Shown here: piece after piece, positions 33,560 to 44,481 of the stretch
How positions within the stretch are numbered: position 1 is the first letter of the stretch
Layout: every line of letters starts with the position of its first letter
NCBI GenBank assembly: GCA_013416795.1
Contig: RQSC01000520.1
Span: 11,280-75,279, forward strand
Reading direction: 5' to 3'
From: Prasinococcaceae sp. CCMP 1430
Taxonomy: Eukaryota; Plantae; Prasinodermophyta
DNA length: 64,000 nt
The notes under the pieces: model-generated
Seen by the model: the letters and a program-made list of their open reading frames with translations, nothing else
What the model was told of the DNA's origin: nothing
The model's database searches: none
Translations under genes and position numbers: made by a program

Positions 33560-35484
33560 CTCACCAGCTCGCCTCAGCCGCTCCGGCGACCCGGTCGGCG
33601 GGCGATGGACTGTTCCGGGCGCAAGCACGGCCGCGCGCGCGTCCGCGCGTGTGGCGCGCGAGAGAGACGACGCCGCACCCACGCAGCTCTCTCTCTCTCT
33701 CTCTTTCCCGCGCGCGCGCGCACGGGGAACGCACGCCGCCTTGCTCACAGCCACACACAGAGACAGACACGTGTCAGCCCTCTCGTGCCGAATGACCTCT
33801 CCGTCGAACCGGAGGCTATCCAAATAGACCGGCCATCAAATCGCGAACGAATCCCCAACCCAAACCGCCGGCGCCGCGAACGCGCGCGAACGCGCGCGCG
33901 CGCAATGCGCAACGGCCTAAAATCGCCCACACTTATAAACCCTAATTGCCATGTATGAACCTCAAATGCGATCGTGTCGCGTCGGTGCTCTACAGAGTAC
34001 TGACCATCCCGGTATACGTATACGTAACCGTTGGATGGCGAGTGTCGTTTGACGTGCGTTTCGCGTGCGTTTTGTCGCGAGGCGTATGAGTATGAATGCG
34101 CGGGCGCGCGCCGCGCAGGGTGGGTGGAGAGGCGCGGGGCTCACAGTGCGCGCCCGCGGCGGGGCGCGCTGCGCGGCGCGGGGCGGCTGGGGGCGGTGTC
34201 TGAGGTGGTGGGAGGGGGGAGGGTACGAGGGTTGGGGAGGCCGAGGGGGTCATGAGGGGCGAGAGGATGATTGATGGCGCTGTTGGCGCTCTGAGGCAGC
34301 GTCGGAAGGCTCGACGGCTGTTTGCGGGACTTTCGACGCAAGGGGGCGGTTTCTCATTGACTGGCACGTTGAGACATGTAGGTATGCGCACCGGACGTAC
34401 CATTACACGGCCGCCAGCTCTGCCCTTGCTTCGTATCGCATCATACGCTCTCGATGATGCTCTTGCTCGGCCGTCGCGAGGCAGTTTTCTACCACGAAGT
34501 CGCCTTCCGACGTGTTCATCGAGCGTTGCGAAACGCGCGCCGCGGCGCGCGCGTTCCCCTCGCCATGCCCGAGGGGCAGGCGCCCGCCACACGCGCCGCG
34601 CGAGATCCACGCGGCGCGCGGCGGCGGTGGGACGTCGCGGCAGCGGCAGCTGGGTCGGCGCACGGCGGTGGTGCGCGCGCAGCGGTGCGCGGAGACTCAC
34701 AGGAACGAGCGATGCACGCGGGCAGCGAGCTCGGCGCGCGCGGGTGCGCGGCGGTGAAGACGTGGCGGGAATGCGAGCGTAGGCAGCAGCATGCCTACAC
34801 CTCGCGGCGGGCGCACCGGCGGGAGCCACCACGGGAGGCTGCGCCTCGGCGGCAGTTGCGCCTTGAGCGCGAGCACCAGGCAGAACACTCGATGCAGAAA
34901 CTCAAGCCAATTTCGCCTGTGGGTCGGGTACGTGGCGATGTGAGCTTCACTGGCGCACCCAAGACCAGTACCACTACAGCTGCCGGCGGTGCGCGACAGC
35001 GCAGCCCCCGCCGCGGCGTCGTGTGCCTGCCGTGAGCCGTCAGAGGTGAATAATACAGTACAACATGTAAAGTAGGAATGACAATACGCGGGTGTGTAGT
35101 ATGGGTGTGCTTGCGTGCGCTCCGTGAATTGGTATGCATACCTGGCGCCGAGCGCCGGTAGATGGCTTTGATCAGCTCAGTGCGCCAGTGTGACACTGCG
35201 TGGGTTTGATACGGTTTGCTTGCAGCCAGTCTCAGACGCCGGGATCATTCTGCGGATGGGAACTTGTCGCCACACTCTTTCTCCAGAGCGGGGAGTACAT
35301 ATGGTGTTGGCGCAACGAAGGAGCTGGGACGGGTTTGCACGTGCGTCGCAACTCTCAGTTCGGGAGCATGACGCCCGTCGAACAGTGCAAGAGATGCGCT
35401 AGTGTTGGACACATTGCACGCTTGTCGGGAGTTTTGTAGGAGTGTTGAAGGTCGCCCTCCAGTGCTGCCCGTCGGCATCGTGTT

Positions 35485-36284
35485 TCACGACTTGAAGGCC
35501 AGCGCAAAGAGCGATGGCTGCTGCTCCCCTTTCCTGTGATCGTCGCCGCTCGCGCTCGAAGTCAGAGGTGCCGTTGGCGGCGACGATGCGCTGGCTCCGC
35601 CGTCGGATGACGGGCGCGCGGCTGCCTTTGCACGCCGCTGCGAGCGCCGCTGGACGATGCGGCGCATGTGGGAGTCGACGAACTCGGCGCCAAGCTCACG
35701 ACGATCGCGTTCGATCTCCTTCATCGTGGGCAGACGCGGCGGCGAAGTCACCCAGCGCACCTGGCGTGCGCCAGCGCACTCGTGTTGCGGGTGCCCGTCG
35801 GCTGCAGTAGCGAGTGAGCGCAGCGTATGCGCGGTGTAAGCGCGATGGTGGATGCGAGATGGACATGCAGAGAGACAGCGGGGGCGGGAAGGCGGGCGGG
35901 TGAGCGTTTACCCACGAGCTTCGTCGGCACATGCAATCCGTCCGACACTCGAGAGGGTGTTGCAACTGACGCCGAGCCTTTCCAGGCGCATTCCCTGACA
36001 AGCACAAAACAGCGCGGTGATGCGCACCTGACCCAAGTGGCCCCTGCGCAAAGCTCACACGCCGGCGCCGCTTTTCCCCCACGACCTCCTGCGCGTGCCC
36101 TGTCGCATCGTCAGCCCCATCCTCGCCTGCCTCAGGGCTTCGCTGCTGTTCGGCGGCCTGTGCATGCCCGGACCCGGATTCGGGTGCACACTCGCCCTCG
36201 TCCCTGCTGCCGCCCATGCCAGCTCGTTCGACCGCGTCGGGAGGTGGACCCTCGGCAGGCGCGGCGGCCGCTTCGCGCGCTCGG
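35485..36284 (-). CDS. Possible hypothetical spliced gene; structure unresolved
   Basis: Coding-like segments MGPCRAREAAA..KRRRRVSFAQG and PPRLPTMKEIERDRRELGAEF with plausible splice sites. No family recognised. Confidence 0.3.
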
Positions 36285-36393
36285 CACGGTCCCATCGCCG
36301 CGGCACCTCCTGAGGCGGGCAGGGCCCTCAGCAGAGGCGCGCCCGCCCGCACCGCGCGCCCGCACGCGCGCTGCTACGCAATTTCTTCAGACC

Positions 36394-36427
<34 letters not shown>

Positions 36428-36727
36428 CGCAGCCTCCGCCCCAGAGCAGCGCGGAACAAAAAATTCGAGCGCGCAATTGCTCTGTTGCATGATTAGGGTG
36501 AACCCTAATATGGAACCCAAACCACATTCACATTCGCTGAGACCGAGCCACAGTGCGCGCGCTGCGAGCTCCCCACTCACCCCCTCTAGCCCGCGCGCCC
36601 TTTCACGCTGCCGCCGTGCACTCGTCTTCCTCTGGGCAGGGACCGCCCAGCCCCGCTTGCGGCTCGTGTGCCGCCCCTGGCGCGGCGCAGGCCGCGCTCA
36701 CCCCCCCCCCCCCGGGCGCGCGCCGGC

Positions 36728-36847
36728 ATGCGCAACGACACCGCGGCCAAGCTCGCGGCGGCAACGTTTGCGGCGGGGCTCGTGTGCGGCCTCATGCTGA
36801 GCCGCACGCTGCGGCGGTACCTCGGCAAGCTCTCGAAGGAGCTCTAG
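36728..36847 (+). CDS. 39-aa microprotein MRNDTAAKLAAATFAAGLVCGLMLSRTLRRYLGKLSKEL (single TM plus basic amphipathic tail); absent from the supplied ORF track (<60 aa)
   Basis: ATG in ggcATG context, coding-like codons, hydrophobic helix followed by R/K tail, TAG at 36845-36847. Confidence 0.6.
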   Translation: MRNDTAAKLAAATFAAGLVCGLMLSRTLRRYLGKLSKEL

Positions 36848-36921
36848 AGAGAGAGGGTGACTACAACGGCGTGCGCGCGCGGCGCGGGGTGTGAAGCGAA
36901 AGAGCCAGCGCGCCAGCTGCC

Positions 36922-38914
36922 ATGGACATCTACGTGGTAGCAGGTCAGAGCAACGCAGCCGGGCGCGGCGGCGTGCGTCGTGACGCGCAGGGTGTCAAGG
37001 CATGGGATGGCGACGTGTCGCACCTGCCGCCGTGTGTGGCCAGCGGCAGCGCAGGCGCGGCCGTGTTCTCCTTTCGTCCAGACGAGGGGTGGGCCGCCGC
37101 TGTGGAACCGTTGCACGCGGGGCTGGAGCGCAAGGGAAAGGTGGCGGGCGTTGGCTTCGCGACTGTGATGGCGGAGCGCGTGCGGGCGCATACGGGCGCG
37201 CACGCGAGCGTGGGCGTCGTGCCATGCGCTCACGGCGAGACAGCAGTGCGCGAGTGGGAGGCAGGATCAGGGTGGTGCTACGCGGAGATGTGCGCGCGTG
37301 TGCGCGCGGCGCTCGCCGCCGCCCCACCCCACAGCGGAGTGCGTGGCCTTGTGTTCTTCCAGGGCGAAAGCGACTGTGCGGAAGAAGGGACCGCGCGTGT
37401 GTGGCCGGCAGCGGCAGCGGAAGTAGTACGCTCGTTCGCACGTGAGCTTGGGCAGCCGCGCCTAGCGGCCGTCTTCGTGCTCCCCTCGCCCCTGCCGGAT
37501 GCGCCCAATGGCCGCGCGCTGTGCAAGCACATCGAAGTGCTGCGCGTGGCTTCCGCCGAGTTCGACCTTGCGCGCTCGCTGGCCCCCGACGCGGATGCGT
37601 GTGTGATTGACGCCCAGGCGTTGCCGCTCGAGGCAGATGGCGTGCACCTCACCTCAGCAGCACAGGCGCTTCTCGGTCGGAGGATAGCAGACGCATTCGT
37701 ATGCGGGGCGGACGCGCTGCTGCCGGAGGTGTCGGTGCTCATGCCATGCCGCAACGCTATGCCTTGGCTCGCGCTAGCGGTAGGGTCGGTGCTGCTTCAG
37801 CGTAGCGTGCGGCTGGAGCTTATCGCTGTGGATGACTCGTCCGTGGACGGCTCGGGAGAATTCCTCGATGAGCTGGCAGCGCTCCTTGAGGAGGGGCGCG
37901 TGGGTGACGGGAGCGACACGGATGCCGCTGCAGCGTCGGCAGCGCAGCGCGCGGTGGAGGCCGCCATTGCGCGCGCTGAGCGTGGCGAGACGCCCGAGAC
38001 CGACTGGGACCGCACGCAATGGGAGGCATGCGACGACTGCAAAGTGCTCACCGCGCATGGACTTGCCGCGGCGTGGCGCGCACAGCGCGCAGCAGGCGTG
38101 GTGGACACGCGGCTTGTGGTGAGGCGTGTGCGAGCGTTCGGCCCAAGCGGTCAGGGTCGTGCGCTCAATGCCGCGCTGCACGCCGCGCGTGCGCCACTCG
38201 TGGGTGAGATGGAGAGCGACGATGTGCGCCCCCTCAACACGTACGCCGTGCTTTGCGAAGAGCTGCTTGAGGGCGGTAGCGAGCTGGACGGCGTTGCGTC
38301 GTGCGTAGGGCTGTGCGGCTGGGAACGCGAAGGAATGCAGCGCTACGCGCGGTGGCAAAATGGGCTGGTCACCAATGAGGAGATGGAGAGGGGGCGCTGG
38401 CTCGAGATTCCTGCGATGCGCGCGAGCGGCCTGTACCGTGCAGGGGCGCTGCGGAGCGTCCTGTGCGGGTACCGTGACCTCTGGGAGATGGACGCGGACG
38501 TGAACGATAGAGAGGAAAGGGACGCCAGGGGGAACGAATCCTCGGGGCTCAAGCGCCGCCGCGTGGTAGTTGACTGCGCTGTGCCCGAAGGCGTGGATGC
38601 ATACGCTGCCGCTGCGGCGCGCCCGCCGGAGGGCTGGTGGCCTGTCGATAGCGACTTCTGGATGCGCTGGTTCGCGGCAGGGCTGCGCATCCGCAAGGTG
38701 ACGCAAGAGCTGTACCTGTGGCGACAGTACCCGGCGCAGTCGACGCGCACGCACTCGCGCTGCTCACTGGAGCGCTTGCGTGCGTGCAAGGCGTACCACC
38801 TAATGCAACAATTACGCACGCTCCACGCGGCACAAATCGGCAACACTGGAGCAAGGTAAGGGCGATGCTCGCGGCTGCAGACAGGAACACGTCAGCCTTG
38901 CGCGCACCTCATTC

Positions 38915-38966
<52 letters not shown>

Positions 38967-39328
38967 ACGCGGGAAGCGGGGCATCCTGGAGGCCGCCCAA
39001 ATGCCCCCCCCCCGCGCCTCCTCACGGCACCCTCCTTGACCTCCCGCGTGCTAACACTGCTTCTGGTAGTGCACTTCCGCCTGTGGAGGTGTGGGGCGTT
39101 GGCACGTCGCTGGATGGCTGGGTGCAGACGCTGTCTGCGCTGGACGTGCGCGCTCGCAAAGTCGAACACAAGCCCGGTGCACCAATGCCCAAACCGCCCA
39201 AGGGGGGGCACGCGCGTGGCGAGCGCCCGGCAAGGCTATTTGCATACGGTATGCCCAAGGCGAGGGCGAAGATATTGAACACGGCCAAAGACTTCGACAC
39301 CAACTGGGACATCTTTGTGGGGAGCTGA
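36922..39328 (+). CDS. SASA/CE6 (SGNH) acetylesterase fused to a GT2 glycosyltransferase (B3GNTL1/QTGAL-like); join(36922..38855,39070..39328)
   Basis: Esterase motifs IYVVAGQSN, FFQGESD and DGVHL. GT2 motifs VSVLMPCRNA, LIAVDDSSVDGS, GRALN, GEMESDD, YLWRQYPAQSTR and CKAYHL..EVWG. Confidence 0.82.
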
Positions 39329-39369
39329 GCCGTGCGCAGGCCACCCGTGAATATGTGATACAGTGCATT

Positions 39370-40339
39370 TTACAACACGCGCTCGCGCCCCCTACGCGCG
39401 AGCGCGCCGATTATGCCTGCACGGCGCGGCGTCTCGCTGAACGCGCGCTCCCATGCCGCCGGGCACGCCTGGAGGCGCGTGCGTGTTGATAGCGGTGAGA
39501 GAGGTCAGCAGCGCTCGTGAGCCAGCGGGCGGTCGCACTGCGCGGGCAGCCAGACGCGCACCTTGATGTCCCCTTCGCCGCTCGTCCGCGCTGCGGCCTC
39601 GCCAGCGCCGCGTAGCGACGCAATCCACTCGCCAAGCGACGCCAAGCGCTGTTCGAAGCTTTCCCGCGCGAGACGCTGCTGGTTGCGAGCCACCGCTGCC
39701 TGCCGTCCGTTTGCCCCCCGAGCGCGTGTGGTCGCACAACGCGCTTTCGAGTCAGCACTTGCCCCTCGCAGAGGGCGCGCACCAGAACGCCACACCAGAA
39801 GATGCAAATGAGCGCCCAAGGCTTACCTCACTGATACCTACTCCCGTCCATCGGCTTCGCAACCCCTGCGTCGCCATCTCGAACATCCTCTCGGCAGCCA
39901 GCATGTGCAGGCGGAAGGCCTGCAGGCACAGCCGCCGCGTGTGCGCGTCGGCCGGCCGCGGACTCACCCATGAGCCCGTCGCCAGCGCCGCGCCCTCGAT
40001 GCACTGCGCAGCATGCGCCGCACCAGCTGCACCCGCCCATCCGCAGCGCAGGCACAGCGTGAGCACCTCGTATGCAAGCCACTCGCCACCACTGCCGCCG
40101 CCTCCACCACCCGCGTGCAGCGAGAGCTCTTGAAGCGCAGCGTCCAGCTCGGCGAGCGCGCGGCGGCACCCCGCGCCGCCGCTGCCGCTCACGAAGGCGT
40201 CGGGCGCGGCGCGCAAGTCCGTCGCATGGTGGCGTGCCGCTGCGGACAGACGCTTGGCGAGCGCCACCGCCTCAGCCGCAGCCGCCACCGGCTGGGCGGC
40301 CGAGGCACCCGCCTGCAGCTGTGCGGTCTCAAGCGACAT
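39370..40339 (-). CDS. Hypothetical alpha-helical protein; three probable exons (first 40339..39827)
   Basis: Coding-like frame with GTAAG/GTGCG donors and cag acceptors giving a continuous ORF ending ..GRERVL*. Confidence 0.55.
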
Positions 40340-40900
40340 CCTCGCGCCGCTCGCACGCCCGCGCGGGGAGACGAGGCGCCGCGGCGGGGGGGGCAGCGCC
40401 GCCCGGCACGCGCAGGCGCGGATGCGCAGGAAGCGCGACTGGTCCCTCGCGGCTGAGATGGGCCCGGACCGGGGCCCGCCTCGCCCACTGGGCGAGCAGC
40501 GGCCGCCTCCCCTCGGGTGCGCGCCACGCGCGCGCTGTGCGACCCCACGCGCGGCGCAGCGCTTTTCGATTTTCCCACCCGCTTTTCACGGGGGACTCAG
40601 CGGTGCCAGATTTTCAACGATACCAGGGAGAATGGAGAAAATTGCATCGTCATGCATTTTGATAGCATCATCCGAAAGCCCTCGATGTGTGGCTGCTAGG
40701 GCACGTACCGCCGCGCACCTGCTCCGCCGCCGGGCCGCCGGGCGCTGCCGGCGCGGGCACACACGCGCACCCGGACGGCAGTCGGGGCGTCGCGTGTCGC
40801 GCGGAGAGCTCCATGGCGTCCCTCGCGGCGCACGGCCGCGCGGCGCCCGCGAGCGCGGCGAGCGTGTGCGCGCGGACGCGCGGACCGCGCCTACTCGCAG

Positions 40901-42082
40901 TGGCTCGCCTTGCCCATCCAACCGGGCGCGCAGCGCATCACCACGCGCTCGGAGCTCGTGCGTGGACGCGTGTGGTCCTTTGAACAGACGCAGGGCGTGC
41001 TTAATGTGCTCGTCAACGTGCGCATGACGGCCGTCAAACTCAACGACGGACGTCTGCTCATCTGGTGCCCCATCGCGCCGACGAAGGAGTGCCTGCGACT
41101 CGTTGAGGAGATCGGCGAGGTGGCCTACGTGGTGCTGCCAACCACCGCGCTGGAGCACAAGGTCTTTCTCGGCCCCTTTGCGCGTGCATTTCCCAGCTGT
41201 GAGGTGTACGTCGCACCCGGGCAGTACTCGGTGCCACTTAACCTACCACTGAGCTTCCTTGGTCTGGGCTTCAAGGGCGTGGACGGCGTCCTTGGCGAGT
41301 GTGAGTTACCCTTCGCCGACGAATTCGAGGATCCCGCGGTCCTGTCGCTCTCGCTCGGCGCAGGGACCTTCACGGAGGTTGCAATGTGCCACCGCGCTAC
41401 CCGGACGCTCCTGGTGGTTGACAGCATCGTGCAGTGCCCCACGGACCCGCCGGATGTGTGTGTGGCCGACCCGCGGCCGCTGCTGGCACGCGCCAAGGCC
41501 AACGGGATGGAGGAGGACAAGGAGCCCACTCCGCAGGTGCTGCGCGAGGGCTGGGCGAAGACCGCACTCTTTGGCCTGTTCTTTCAGCCAATATCAGTGG
41601 AGTACAAACCCTCGCCGGCCGCGATTGCTGACATCGATAAGGGCTTCACGTGGACAGACGAGTGGCGCTCATCTTTCGAGCGCATAAGGAACAAGGTGTT
41701 CGTAGCGCCAATTCTGCAGCAAGTGGTACTAAACAAGCGCCCGGGCGCCGTGCTCGCTTGGGTAGACGAGGTTGCCGCCATGCGCTTCGACAAGGTGGTG
41801 CCTGCCCACCTGCAGGCGCCCATCAAGCTCAGCCCCGCGCAGTTCTCTCGCCGCTTCGACTTCGTCAGGAGGCTCCAGGCGGAGAGGCAGGCAGCCAGTG
41901 ACGGCGACGGCATCCGCTCCAAGCCCGCCTTCGGGCTGCCGGCATTGAAGCTGCCGTCGCTAAGCAGCGGTCTCGGTGGCGCCGTCGGCGCTCCGGTCAC
42001 TTTCGCCGAGGGCGACATGAAGTTTCTCGCAGATCTTGATGACATCACAGTGAAGAGTGGCTTCGTCAAACTCGAGGAGTGA
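40901..42082 (+). CDS. DUF4336 family protein (cyanobacterial/plastid type); 5' exon probably from ~40687
   Basis: VWSFEQTQG..VNVRMTAVKL..LLIWCPIAPTKEC..VLPTT.LEHKVF, FTEVAMCH..TLLVVD and VAPIL..PAHL. Confidence 0.85.
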   Translation, partial: WLALPIQPGAQRITTRSELVRGRVWSFEQTQGVLNVLVNVRMTAVKLNDGRLLIWCPIAPTKECLRLVEEIGEVAYVVLPTTALEHKVFLGPFARAFPSCEVYVAPGQYSVPLNLPLSFLGLGFKGVDGVLGECELPFADEFEDPAVLSLSLGAGTFTEVAMCHRATRTLLVVDSIVQCPTDPPDVCVADPRPLLARAKANGMEEDKEPTPQVLREGWAKTALFGLFFQPISVEYKPSPAAIADIDKGFTWTDEWRSSFERIRNKVFVAPILQQVVLNKRPGAVLAWVDEVAAMRFDKVVPAHLQAPIKLSPAQFSRRFDFVRRLQAERQAASDGDGIRSKPAFGLPALKLPSLSSGLGGAVGAPVTFAEGDMKFLADLDDITVKSGFVKLEE

Positions 42083-42210
42083 GGATGGCGGGCGAGTATT
42101 GTACAGGGGCGCCGCACGTGTAATAAGGCAATGAAGTATACGAAGAGGCACGCGCGCGCGCTCGGCCGTTTTGGAATCGAAGTGGTGAGCTCTGGGACTG
42201 GTGCGTGTTT

Positions 42211-44434
42211 TTACTCGTCGCCTGCCATCGCCTCCAGCTTGTGCTTGGCCAAGAAGGCCGCCAGGCCGGCCTCCGCGTCGTCCTCACCAAGCAGAGTCTC
42301 GAGCTTGAGTCCGCTCTGCGCGAGCAGTTCCTTGGCCTTGGCCTCCCCCGCGCCCTCAGTGTCTGCAACCCAGCGCAGCAAATGGCACACAAGCGCGAGC
42401 CCCGGGCCAAACTTCACGAGGTCGCCCTCATTGGCATCTGCCACTGCCTTGCCCACGTCGCCGAGCGCGAGCACGCCCTCGAGAACGAAGCGCGCAAGAA
42501 GCCCACCAATGAACTCTGGCGCACGCGGCAGGTCCATGGCAGCTTCGTCCAGCCCCTCGATGATCGCGTTGGCGCCTGCGCACACATGGGCGGGCGTGAA
42601 GACTGGCGGGGCCTTCTTGCCGTCGGCGCCCTCGCCCTCGCCTTCCTTCAGCAGTTGGAGAATGAGGTCGCCCATGAGCGCAAAATAGCCCTTGAGGTCG
42701 CCCTTCTGCGAGTACGTCGCCTCGGCCATCTTCGCGATGACGAGGCCATGCTGCGCAGGTGCCTTCAGCTCGGCCACGCACAGGATAGCCTCCTTGAGCC
42801 CCGCCTCGCGCAGGCCGTAGTACTCGGCGATGAGGGCCTTGGTCTTCTTCTCGATGTGCTCCTCCGAGTGCCCAGCTGGCGCCTCCGGCTTGGGCGGAGC
42901 CTTGGGCGCCTCCTGTGACGGCGGCGCCCCCCTGCCGGGGGCGTTCGGCAGGATTCCACGTCCAGGCGGGCCTGGCGGCCTGGGTGGGCCGGGCGGGCCG
43001 GGCCGCCCGGGCGGGCCGAGGCGGGCCGGGCGGGCCGGGCGGGCCGCGCATCCCACCAGGTGCGTTGCCCATTGGACGAAGCCCTGGCGGGCCCGGTGGC
43101 CCACCCCCCGCGCCGCCACGCGCGCCCTGCCCGCTCATCATGCCGCCGCGGGGGCCCAGCACGCCACCAGCGCCCGCAGCGCCCTGCGAGAGCGGCCTGC
43201 GATTGGGCGGCTCGTCGCGGCGGAAGCCGCCGCCGATGGGCCCGTTGTTGGGGTTGCCCATGAAGCCGCCGCTGTTGCCTCTCCTGAAGTCACCCGGTCC
43301 AGAATCGAACCCGCGGCTGGGGCCGCCGCGCATGCCACCGCGCATGTTGCCCGCGGCCTTGCGCTGTGCCTCCATCTGCGCCTCGCGGTGCACATCCTCG
43401 ATCTTTTTGGGGCCCTCCTTCTTGCGGCGCGCGCGCCAGCCGTGGCCACGCATCTCAATCAGATCTGCCAACAGGAAGCGGATGCGCGACGACGTGTTCT
43501 CCTTGTCACGCGACAAATCCCTGATGCGGCGGAAGTACGCTTCAATGTGCGCCTTGGCGTCAGGGGTGTCGAGCATCTCGCCCACTGTGCTGAGCAGCTT
43601 GCATAGCGCCTCCAAAGTGTCCTCCTCGGGCGGCGCCTGCAGCAAGTTTTGCACGCAGATATGCATGATCTTGTCGGTAATCATGCGCTGCTTGTACAGC
43701 TCGCCCACAAAGGTGACATTGTTGAGCGACTTCTTGCGGCGCATCATCTCCTCGTACTCCTCTTTCTCGCGCGCGAGGCGCTCGTCATATTCGCGCTTCT
43801 TCTTCTCCTCCGCGGTCTCCTCCTTCTTCTCCTCGCCCGCGTTGGCCTTGTCGCCCTCCTCTTTCTCGACTTCGTCGCCATCCTTCTTCTCCTCCTGGTC
43901 GGCGTCATCACCTTCCTTCTTCTCCTCCTTGTCCTCCTTCTTCTCCTCGCCGTCCTCCTTCTTCTTCAGGCCCTGGATGACTGTGTCAAATTTCTCCTGG
44001 CACTTCGCGAGCATGAGCTTCTTGAAGGTGAGCTTCGCGCCGTTCTCCTCGAACACTGGAACATCGGCGTTGAGTCGCGCGCAGAGCTGAGCATAGAGCT
44101 CGCAGAACGTAGGCTCGAGAAGCGCCTTGTCGAAGATCAGTGAGATGACGCCACGCAGCATGGAGATCGAGTCGATGCCGACGCCCATGATCTTTTCGAG
44201 GAGCGTCTCGAAGTTCTCCGGCGTCAGCTTGTTGAGGAGACCAATCAGGACCTTCATGCGCCTCTCGTCCTCCTCGAGGTCCTCGCTCTTGACGGGCGCC
44301 CACTTGTTTTCCGTCTTGTGCAGCTCAGGCAACGGGCCAGTAATGATGCCCTGCGGCATGGGCATGTCGCCACCGCGGCGACCGCCACGCCTATCCGGTG
44401 GCGGCGGCGGCAACGCCTTGCCACGTTCCCACAT

Positions 44435-44481
<47 letters not shown>

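Noticed and set aside
33960-35440. Overlapping ORFs of 60-280 aa
   Set aside because: No recognisable domain or consistent exon chain. A gene may exist (TGTAA at ~35066), but the evidence is insufficient.
38916-38966. Poly-C tracts (36395-36426, 38916-38966, 50659-50709) as G-quadruplex elements
   Set aside because: Two tracts are exactly 51 nt, which suggests an assembler or read-length artefact. True lengths and function cannot be supported.
43000-43030. Programmed ribosomal frameshift in eIF4G linked to the Shiftless-like gene
   Set aside because: It would require a +1 shift, there is no slippery site, and the GC repeat is error-prone.
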